A stretch of DNA of 45,919 nt, from contig NC_068986.1 of NCBI RefSeq assembly GCF_001194135.2, positions 8,950,233-8,996,151 of the forward strand, read 5' to 3'. Position 1 is the stretch's first letter; each line of letters opens with the position of its first letter. This DNA comes from Octopus bimaculoides (taxonomy: Eukaryota). The notes beneath the pieces were generated by a model. That model had not been told where the DNA came from, made no database searches, and worked only from the letters and a program-made list of their open reading frames with translations. Positions 36,296 to 45,919 of the stretch are shown piece by piece. Position numbers and translations under genes: made by a program.

Positions 36296-36397
36296 GCAGG
36301 CAGGCAAACGGAGGGAGAGAGTGTGTTTAGTGAAACCAATCAATCCCAGTGCTAATTACTTTAAAGCTAATTACTCTAAAGCTAATTACTTTAAAGC

Positions 36398-36590
36398 GTG
36401 GTACTTATTTTATTGGATTTCTTTTACCAAACCACTAAGTTACAGTGACGTAAACATACCAACACCGACTATCAAACGGCGGCGGTGGTGGTGGTGGTGG
36501 TGGTGGGGCAAACACAGACACACACATAGACACAAACACACACACACACATGCTACGCAGTGGGACTGAATCCGGAACTAAACGGTTAGG
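36398..36590 (-). mobile_element. Family B SINE remnant, internally deleted
   Basis: GCAGTGGGACTGAATCCGGAAC (B-box) and CCACTAAGTTAC...GTAAACATACC (3' module). Confidence 0.7.
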
Positions 36591-37265
36591 AGGCACGAGA
36601 TTAGAGAGTTTTAGAGGCAGAGCATTATGTCCAGTCGAGCGAATGAACAGCGTTTTACTACAAAGTTTCATTTTCTTGTATCCGATAAAACAAGTCGATC
36701 TCCAGCGAGATTTAAGCTCAAAATTCAAAACAACAATATAAATAAGGTGAGAAGGGCGCACAATGACGCAAAGCTACAATTTGTAGGAGCGGACTGTGGA
36801 ACCGACAGACGCATATTACTGGTACTAACTGTTGCCTGACGACAGTAGACTTTATCAATACACACAGACAAGTCAACAAACTTACGCGAGCCATCACTTG
36901 GAGAGAGGGGGAGAAAGAGAGAGAGAGAGAGAGGGAGTCCATTATAAAACTGTGACAACAGCTGAGAGAGAAATTCACCAAATAACCAACGAACTTTAAA
37001 ATAGATATTGTTGTTGGCTTTTGTTAAGAAAGACTGTTTGTTCCCATGTGAAGAGAAGGCGAAATGATTAGAGGGAAAGAGACAGACGAAGGTGTTGTAT
37101 CATAACAAGAAGCTGAACATTCAACCGTTGAGTCATTGCTCTGATATTTCTCTTGTGAATTAGTGTTTGTGTGTGTGTGTTATATTGAAAACACGACTGT
37201 TTCATATTTTTAACTTCCATTCAAGGTTTTTTTTTATTTCATATTTTCGTATGAATTTCTTGCAG

Positions 37266-37357
37266 TTTCTTTGGAAAGATAAATTCTCAAATCCACCATT
37301 AACGTCTCTAGACCCTTCAGACCTTCACAGTCTCATCTTCGAGACGAAGGGATGTTG
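37266..37357 (+). other. Candidate isolated 92-nt exon
   Basis: Acceptor TTTCTTGCAG| after a T-rich tract, donor TTG|GTGAGT; frame 1 open (FLWKDKFSNPPLTSLDPSDLHSLIFETKGC); alternatively ends in ATG TTG; no homolog recognised. Confidence 0.25.
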
Positions 37358-37676
37358 GTGAGTGTTAATGCTTTTTTTATAGTAGACAGGGCGACCAGTG
37401 AGTTTGGTGTCGATATTAGCGTCGGAATTCACGTGCCGTTGTCAGCCACGTGTTCGTTTTTGTTCTCAATCTCTAAACTATCCGTGTCCTTAGCTCAGAA
37501 CTGTGTTGTAGAGGAACAATTATTTCCATCGTCATCCGTCTGTTTTTATAGAGTATAGTGTACACATACTGTTTGCTAATATTTTCCTACTTAGAATTTC
37601 AATTGTGTGATGTAATGCACACCAACCGCTCTTTGTAAAAGGGAGAGGGAGAGGAGGAGGAGAGAAAGAAGAGGAA

Positions 37677-37839
37677 AGAGAGAGGGAGGTTGAGAGAGAG
37701 GGAGGTTGAGAGAGAGAGAGGGAGGTTGAGAGAGAGGGAGGTTGAGAGAGAGGGAGGTTGAGAGAGAGGGAGGTTGAGAGAGAGGGAGGTTGAGAGAGAG
37801 GGAGGTTGAGAGAGAGGGAGGTTGAGAGAGAGGGAGGGG
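37677..37839. repeat. 16-bp purine-rich minisatellite (GAGAGAGAGGGAGGTT)n
   Basis: Nine complete units plus a partial; one unit is 20 bp. Confidence 0.95.
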
Positions 37840-39173
37840 AAATCTCTCCGAATGTCTCACCATGGTGTCCCTAACATCAAAAGTCATGTTTAACAACCAC
37901 AGATATACAATAAGAAATACAATTAAGGACAATATTCTTTTCCTTTTTTATTTTTATTTTTTGTCCTTGTCTGTTTGTCTTTGTTTTGCATGTCTTAATT
38001 ATTTTTACTTCGCACACAGACTCAGCTTCGTCCAAATAAAAGCATAAACATATACATTCATACAAACACATATAGATGCATGCATACACATACATTCAAA
38101 CGCACACACGTTCATGAATACATTTACCTATTATTGGAGCAACGTGATACATACCAACCCGTCTGGAGGAATATTTGGCTGAACTTGGGTTCTTGGGGAG
38201 AGAACGCAAATCCTTAATTCATACACTATAAATGATCACGATATCTGGAACTATAAAAATCTGCAAGACCTTTCTATGATTTAAAGAATGATGAACAAAC
38301 ACGAGGCTTTCCTTCACAACCTTGATATCAAGCAGGTGGCCTGTCAAAATTGATTCGAAGTTAAAAAGAGAAAGAGAACGAACGTACGTACGTACAAACG
38401 TACAGCGGGGACTAATTCTACACCATGCATTCATGCTTGTATCGAAGTTTTGGTTTTCTACATAGCGATTTTCAGCAGACGCTGTCATAGACTCTGTCTT
38501 TCCATTCAACAGCCACGACAGATGAAGTCCGCCATGTCCGGATTCCTAGCTACTAGTGTGAAAACAGGATGAAGAAATAGCTAATGTGTGTGTGTATGTG
38601 TTAAATAAATGACAAGACAGCTAGAAATTATGTAATGACTTTCATTAGCTTACCACTGTTTCTGCTATTAGATACATTGCACTCGTAGTTGAGTGCTTGG
38701 GTAGCATCTTATAGTTTTGTCGGAGTTTCAAAAAGTAAAATATTATATGGGAAAACATTTATATATATATATGGAAAATATCACCATCGAAAAAAACATA
38801 AAATTATGTAGGAAATGGAGAATGGGGTTTGAAGGATAAAACTCCCTCCTAGAAATATGTTGATAATATTTTGATAATTTTGTGTATATATGTGTATACA
38901 GATAGGTGTATGATGAACCCCCAAGTTGAACCTCACTAATCAGCAAGCCTAGGACGAGACAAGACGGAGTAACGGATTTTTGAGGTCAGAGAGGCCGAGA
39001 TCCCAGTGTATTACTGTTATCTCTGTAACTTCCAGTTACCAAAACCTAACTCAATGTTAACTTGGTTTCTTTATTACAAACTGCTAGTTGTGTGAAAGCA
39101 GTTTTACTGCATCACAAAATGAATAAATTAGATGAAAACGACGAAGAAAAACACACCTGATGATACATTTTAC

Positions 39174-39724
39174 GGATCTTTTTTAAAACGGGGGCCACAT
39201 TTTTCATTAATGTTTTACGTAGTGTTTTTGGTACCGAAAGACTTTCAAACTTCGTATACTTATCTATTTTGTGTTATAGAACAGAAAAATATTTTTGTAT
39301 TCGAATTTATTTCATGTAAAAAATTGTCTTATTTCGATAATTTCAACCAATCACTGACAAGTATTCAGTTGTTTACATTTACTCCTTGGCTGATTAAGCG
39401 ATGTAAAGTGTATTTAATCTCCATACCTTCGTTTTATTTGCTTTTTTCATTTTAAATTTGCTTTAACCCTAACCCTAAAGTTAGGGTTAGGGTTAGAGTT
39501 AATTGTTTCAGAATCGTTTGTTTATGTAGTCGGCACTTAATGTATATCGGCTGAATGGACGTCAGTCATTGGTTGAAATTACAGAAATACGACAACTTTA
39601 ACATGGAATAATTTATGGATTTCTTCTTTTTTTTTAAGAAGACTAAGAGAAAAAGATGTTTTATATGACACATTCTACCAGTGTTCCAAGTTTCAAAGTG
39701 TTTCGTTAATGAAAAATGTGGCCC
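39174..39724 (+). mobile_element. Non-autonomous DNA transposon (MITE) with TIRs and telomeric-repeat core, superfamily unassigned
   Basis: Left TIR GGATCTTTTTTAAAACGGGGGCCACATTTTTCATTAA (39174-39210); 19-bp inverse at 39706-39724; inner IR 39339-58/39561-80; TAACCCTAACCCTAA-AG-TTAGGGTTAGGGTTA at 39464-95. Confidence 0.85.
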
Positions 39725-40042
39725 ATCCCATTTTACTGGTAAATTATCACATAAACGTTACAAAGAAATAACAATCATTTAATTTACCGTTTAACATTTA
39801 CTGGAAAACCACTTCCAAACCTAGAGCTATGCTTCCAAATGCGATCTAAATGGAAATTAAGTCCTACTCAGGAAAGCAACATCCAGAAAGAGATGTCGCT
39901 CTCGCGTTATCTTGTAGAGCATCTCAGTGACTAGTCGTGAGGTTCGGAGCAGAAAGGATGTTTCTCGAGAGTTAGTGGCCATTCTTGTTAGTAATCCTCT
40001 AATTAATATATGGAGTTTTAGTTGTTACACAAACGCTCATAG

Positions 40043-40155
40043 TGAAGGCGCGTGGTCCAGGGAGTTGCTCTCACGATCATCAGATCGTAGGTTCGATCCC
40101 CAGACCGGACAGTGTATTATGTTCTCGAGCAAAACACTTCATTTCACATTGCTCA
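40043..40155 (+). mobile_element. Family C SINE head and core fragment
   Basis: GAAGGCGCGTGGTCC, GGTTCGATCCCC, CTCGAGCAAAACAC, TTTCACATTGCTC. Confidence 0.75.
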
Positions 40156-40326
40156 AATGCTGTGTGAGGACCGGCGTGTCAAAGAATGGACCCAACGTTT
40201 GCTTTATGTATCGTAAAAGGCGACTGAAAGAGGTTGAGGTAGGATTTGCACTTCCCAACCTCGGAAAACCCTCACCAGTAATGACAACCCAAAATCAGAC
40301 CCATGGTTGGTGGGTCATCGCCTGAG

Positions 40327-40667
40327 GGATCTTTTTTAAAACGGGGGCCACATTTTTCATTAACGAAACACTTTGAAACTTGGAACACTGGTAGAATGTC
40401 ATATAAAACATCTTTTTCTCTTAGTCTTCTTAAAAAAAAAAGAAATCCATAAATTATTCCATGTTAAAGTTGTCGTATTTCTGTAATTTCAACCAATCAC
40501 TGACGTCCATTCAGCCGATATACATTAAGTGCCGACTACATAAACAAACGATTCTGAAACAATTAACCCTAACCCTACGGTTAGGGTTAGGGTTAAAGCA
40601 AATTTAAAATGAAAAAAGCAAATAAAACGAAGGTATGGAGATTAAATACGCTTTACACCGCTTAATC
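40327..40667 (-). mobile_element. Second copy of the same MITE, inverted, truncated by a gap
   Basis: Reverse complement of 39392-39724 with only a handful of differences; carries the full 37-bp TIR at 40327-40363. Confidence 0.9.
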
Positions 40668-41159
40668 NNNNNNNNNNNNNNNNNNNNNNNNNNNNNNNNN
40701 NNNNNNNNNNNNNNNNNNNNNNNNNNNNNNNNNNNNNNNNNNNNNNNNNNNNNNNNNNNNNNNNNNNNNNNNNNNNNNNNNNNNNNNNNNNNNNNNNNNN
40801 NNNNNNNNNNNNNNNNNNNNNNNNNNNNNNNNNNNNNNNNNNNNNNNNNNNNNNNNNNNNNNNNNNNNNNNNNNNNNNNNNNNNNNNNNNNNNNNNNNNN
40901 NNNNNNNNNNNNNNNNNNNNNNNNNNNNNNNNNNNNNNNNNNNNNNNNNNNNNNNNNNNNNNNNNNNNNNNNNNNNNNNNNNNNNNNNNNNNNNNNNNNN
41001 NNNNNNNNNNNNNNNNNNNNNNNNNNNNCCCCCCCCCCCGTACTAATACTACTGCTTTTTTATTAACTGAGTCTATCCCTCTCCAACTCTGACTTTAGAC
41101 GATTTCTTTCAGAAGACAGAAAAAGTACAGACAGCAAGGAATCGGATCCAGGGCAAAAC

Positions 41160-41228
41160 CGGTACTTTACTTATCGACCACCGAAAGGATGAAAGACAAA
41201 GTGGACCTCAGCGTGACTTGAATTCAGT
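41160..41228 (-). mobile_element. Family A SINE remnant
   Basis: GGTACTTTACTTATCGACC...GAAAGGATGAAAGACAAAGTGGACCTC. Confidence 0.65.
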
Positions 41229-41420
41229 GGGTAGACAACCGGAACAACCACCGTTCCGTCCTACGATCTAACGACTGCCATACAGAGCTTATACAGAGAG
41301 AGAGGGGGAGAGGGGGAGAGAGAGAAAGAGAGAGAGAGACAGAGAGAGAAACAGAGAGAGAGAAACACAGAGAGAGAAACACAGAGAGAAACACAGAGAC
41401 AGAGAGAGAGAGAGCGAGAG

Positions 41421-41597
41421 TCCACCATTTGACAACCGGTGTAGCTGTGTTTACGTTCCCGAAACTTAGCGGTTCGGCAAAATATACCGATAGAATAAGT
41501 ACCAGGCTTACAAAAAATAAGTACGAGTACATTCGACAAAAAATTCTTCAATGCGGTGCTCCAGTATGGCCACAGTCTAATGACTGGAACAAGAGAA
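41421..41597 (+). mobile_element. Family B SINE 3' half
   Basis: CCACCATTTGACAACCGGTG...CTTAGCGGTTCGGC...ACAGTCTAATGACTGGAACAAG. Confidence 0.85.
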
Positions 41598-43589
41598 GGA
41601 CAGAAGCTCTGTTTACTCAGGCCATTCTATTATATGTATGCTACCTCTTTACACGTTTGGTCTTGCTGCCTTTTCTTTTCTTCTTTTTTTTCTTTTAAAT
41701 AATTCCTGAATATACATATGAAAATGCCGAAACCTAGAGATGCAGCCACATAAGTGATTTATAGATACAGGCAGGGTCACAAACCCACTTCATAAAGAAA
41801 TACGAACGTAGCCATGTAGCCATGTATGATAAATCTCTGCCTGGGTGTATAACGCGTAGAAATGAGAGGAATAAGAGAGAGGAGATTAAATGGAGAGGAA
41901 TAGGAAGAGGATAAAGAAAATAATTTTTAAAAAAAAGGACAAGAGGAAAAAATAAAGTTAAATGGTGGCGGATGGAGGTGTTTTAACACACTGTGTTTGT
42001 ATACACAGACACACACATATATATAAATATACATACACATACAAATGTGCATGCACATATATATATACACACACAATTCATGCCCCCCCCCCACACACAC
42101 ACACAAGCATACATACACACACAAATAAACATACATATATATATATATATATATATACATACATATATATAAATATGCATACACATATATACACAAATAC
42201 ATTCATGCCCACACACACACACACACAAATATACATACACACACACACACACAAATATACATACACACACACACANNNNNNNNNNNNNNNNNNNNNNNNN
42301 NNNNNNNNNNNNNNNNNNNNNNNNNNNNNNNNNNNNNNNNNNNNNNNNNNNNNNNNNNNNNNNNNNNNNNNNNNNNNNNNNNNNNNNNNNNNNNNNNNNN
42401 NNNNNNNNNNNNNNNNNNNNNNNNNNNNNNNNNNNNNNNNNNNNNNNNNNNNNNNNNNNNNNNNNNNNNNNNNNNNNNNNNNNNNNNNNNNNNNNNNNNN
42501 NNNNNNNNNNNNNNNNNNNNNNNNNNNNNNNNNNNNNNNNNNNNNNNNNNNNNNNNNNNNNNNNNNNNNNNNNNNNNNNNNNNNNNNNNNNNNNNNNNNN
42601 NNNNNNNNNNNNNNNNNNNNNNNNNNNNNNNNCTCAATAAGTTAGAACCATTTCAGACAAGAAGAGTAAAAATAAAAAAAAATGTACAGAGAAGAAAACT
42701 AATAAATTTTGTCAATAAAGTCTTTTATATAAATAAACATAAATAAATAAATAAGCGTAAAAAAACCCCACCCAGCTCTTTATTGTTGGGTGTTGGTAAG
42801 CAATGGGTCAGTGTTGATTTGCCCCTCACCGTTTCATGATTGTTGTCTGGTCATAAAAGCTTGTCTTACAGCACAGGCGAAATGGTTGCAACGACTGCAG
42901 CAGGCAGCCTTTCCACCTACCATCATCATCATCATCATTATTATTATTATTATTATTACACAAACGCGTTCTTAGAATAAATATCACACACTCAACGATG
43001 TATGAGTATGCAGTTGTGTGTGTGTGTGTATGTGTGAGGAAGAGAAGGGTTGGTGTTCTGAGTGTGTGTGTGTAGGTATATTTTCGTTCCTTTCATTCTC
43101 AACCTCAATGGTTGGTTATCTCTATTTCCATCACAGACGACAGCCACGACATTATTAAACCCCGATTCCAACGTCAAACTAAATTTCTCTCAAATGAGAA
43201 AAGTTAAGGTTAAGGTAACCTCGTTCACGTTTCAGTTTCGCCATTTTTTTCTTTACCAGCACCATCACCATCATCGTCAACTTCTTAGCAAGTCTGACAA
43301 TAGTAGAGTAAATTAACTTGCTCAAGGACACACATCTGATCGATGTTACTGATAACGTTCAGGTGTACCTAAAATGTGCGTGTGTATGTGGCGGGGGGGA
43401 GGGGGTCTTGCGTGTTTTGTGTGTGTGTAAATGTTTATATAAATATTTGTGTATATGCACACGTGAATCTATGTGCAAATATATACGTGTGTATACAAAT
43501 GTATGTATGTGCATGCATATGTACGTAATAACACACACACACACACACACATACATACATACATAAACCCACTGACACACACATACACA

Positions 43590-43652
<63 letters not shown>

Positions 43653-43995
43653 AAATTCTCATATTAGTATGTAGACCGAAACTGTTACAGTTTGGAAAAG
43701 AGAAACTTACGTTCATGCTCTCCGCAAGCGATTTGACATTAAATCAATTAATGAGAAATCCTTCCCCACCCCTACTCCACAATAACATTTTAGGATAAAC
43801 AATATATGTTCACAAATTCAGAATAATAATAAAATAGGGTTGATAACATAAAGTACCAGTTATACACTAGGGTCAATATAAATCAATAAAGCCACCATCA
43901 CATTGCCAGTGGAGGAAAACATCCCAATGCACTCTTTTGCCTCTACAGTCATACTTGCGCTTATACTCCGTTTGTTCTAGTGTACTGCACTCACT

Positions 43996-44187
43996 AAGGC
44001 GGCGAACTGGCAGAAACGTTAGCATGCCGGGCGAAATGCTTAGCGGTAATTCGTCTGTCTTTACGTTCTGAGTTCAAATTCCGCTGAGGTCGACTTTGCC
44101 TTACATCCTTTCGAGGTCGATAAATTAAGTACCAGTTGTGTACTGGGTCAAATTTCGGGCATTGTGCCTAGAGTAGAAAAGTATTCC
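43996..44187 (+). mobile_element. Family A SINE with 9-bp target-site duplication
   Basis: GCACTCACT at 43987-43995 and 44188-44196 flanks the copy; internal deletion of the hairpin module. Confidence 0.92.
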
Positions 44188-44603
44188 GCACTCACTCAAA
44201 TGGTGATTAATACTTTCGCATCTTTTCCTGCAGATTCTGTTGCTGTCTGACTGAGTTTTGTTGATCTTTTCCTTTTACAAATTTGTTCTAACGACTTGTT
44301 CCTGGGCGGCTATAATTAGCGTTTCGGTCTCTCGTTTCATCAGCCAGAGTCAGCGTTTTTTTTTNNNNNNNNNNNNNNNNNNNNNNNNNNNNNNNNNNNN
44401 NNNNNNNNNNNNNNNNNNNNNNNNNNNNNNNNNNNNNNNNNNNNNNNNNNNNNNNNNNNNNNNNNNNNNNNNNNNNNNNNNNNNNNNNNNNNNNNNNNNN
44501 NNNNNNNNNNNNNNNNNNNNNNNNNNNNNNNNNNNNNNNNNNNNNNNNNNNNNNNNNNNNNNNNNNNNNNNNNNNNNNNNNNNNNNNNNNNNNNNNNNNN
44601 NNN

Positions 44604-44727
44604 TCTAACAAAGGCACAACCTTTCAAATTTTGTGATCCCGTCAATTCTATCAAATTCGATGTATTATTTCATTGACCCCAGAAAGACAAAAATATAAAA
44701 TCACCGCGGTAGGATTTGAACTCAGAA
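44604..44727 (-). mobile_element. Family A SINE remnant
   Basis: AAAGGCACAA...ATTTCATTGACCCC...GGATTTGAACTCAGAA. Confidence 0.55.
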
Positions 44728-44746
44728 GAGAAAAAAGATTGGAATT

Positions 44747-44784
<38 letters not shown>

Positions 44785-44872
44785 GCATGTGTATATGTAT
44801 ATACATATGTGCATACATAAGCATATATGTGAGTGCATATTCAGTATATTCATGTATACACACATTTTATAC

Positions 44873-45175
44873 AGGAGTGGCTGTGTGGTAAGCAGTTTGC
44901 TCCCCAACCACGTGCTTCCGGGTTCAGTCCCACTGCGTGGCACCTTGAGCAAGTGTCTTCTAGGGCCGACCATAGCCGTGTGAGTGGGCTTGGTAGACGG
45001 AAACTGATACTGGTGTTTTTACGTCCCTGTGAGTTAGCAGTTCGGCAAAAAAGACCGACAGAAAAAGTACCAGGCTTAAAAAAATAAGAACCGGGGTCGA
45101 TTTATTCGACTAAAAAAATTCCAGGCGGTGCCCCAGCATGGCCGCAGTCTAATTACTAAAACAAAAGTTAAAAGA
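44873..45175 (+). mobile_element. Family B SINE lacking the internal microsatellite
   Basis: Head and core joined directly to the 3' module (ACGGAAACTGA-TACTGGTGT). Confidence 0.9.
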
Positions 45176-45919
45176 AATACAAAAATAAACGTATGTATGT
45201 ATGTATGTATGTCCATGTTTCCGTATATGCACGCCAGAAGTGTGCAATATACTGATTGAAAGACACAGCAAATCACAGTTAGAATACCTGCAGACATGCA
45301 ATTTAATCTGCATAACCGTTACTGCTGTAGCAAATATATTGCCAGACAGACACAGGAAAAATAACAACAATACACACACACACACACATATATATATACA
45401 AAAAGAACTGTGTATATGTATAAACGAAGAGCAACATAAAACCATGGAAAACAATGATAAAAAGCCAAGTGGGCAAAGCTAAGATCGTAAAACTAGAAGC
45501 AAGTGCAACATTGTTGCAGTTGCTAGGTATTACTTTACTGTGAAACAAGCGAGAGGCAGACGACAAGCTTGTTTGGCTCTCCCACCTTTTATCAAAAAAA
45601 TCTAGTGAATATTAAATGCAACAGTAACCTTTTTCACATGAACCTACAATACAGAAATTAAAACTATGTAAATGTGTGGGACAATATGCATGCGCGCGCG
45701 CGTGCTTGTGTGTGTGTGTGTGTGTGTGTGTGTATGAAAAGAGCACATTTACACTATTTGTGTGTCATATATATATAGATATTTGATGGCTATTTTTTCT
45801 TTGAAGGGCGGGAAAAAAAACTCTGAAAAAAAACTCTGAAATCTTATGACGATAACATTAGCAATAAAAACTATAACCATCACAATAAACAATATCATCA
45901 ATATATATATATATATATA

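Noticed and set aside
36880-36894. Minus-strand ATG GCT CGC|GTAAGT start exon
   Set aside because: A single donor motif only, and it conflicts in strand with the nearby + candidate; cannot be supported
39464-39495. Telomere-telomere fusion scar
   Set aside because: Orientation is (CCCTAA)n then (TTAGGG)n, the opposite of an end-to-end fusion, and it occurs in both MITE copies

Overview
AT-rich, repeat-saturated eukaryotic draft-assembly DNA with about 4.6 kb of N in 12 gaps, most of them beside microsatellites. The SINE repertoire looks like octopus (cephalopod) DNA; this is recognition from memory, not a database hit. No intact protein-coding gene is supportable: the long ORFs in the track come from N-gaps or microsatellites, and the only recognisable peptides are decayed transposon remnants. 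The window is probably intergenic or inside a large intron. It holds three tRNA-head SINE families (called A, B, C here, about 30 copies or fragments) and at least six R4/Dong-like RLE-type LINE fragments, all on the + strand and mostly tied to (TAA)n arrays. It also holds a CR1-group LINE 3' fragment, Tc1/mariner and possible hAT transposase remnants, a piggyBac-like MITE, a Penelope-like terminus and several minisatellites. The best leads are: (1) two near-identical copies of a layered-palindromic MITE with a telomeric-repeat hairpin core, arranged as a long inverted repeat (39174-40667); (2) a minimal variant hammerhead-ribozyme motif (2875-2910); (3) a (TAA)n array that has collected different Dong-like LINE 3' ends and contains a 52-bp fold-back junction (13957-14790); (4) a SINE variant with an alternative tail and partial tandem repeat (34877-35174). 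None is demonstrated to be a new biological system.
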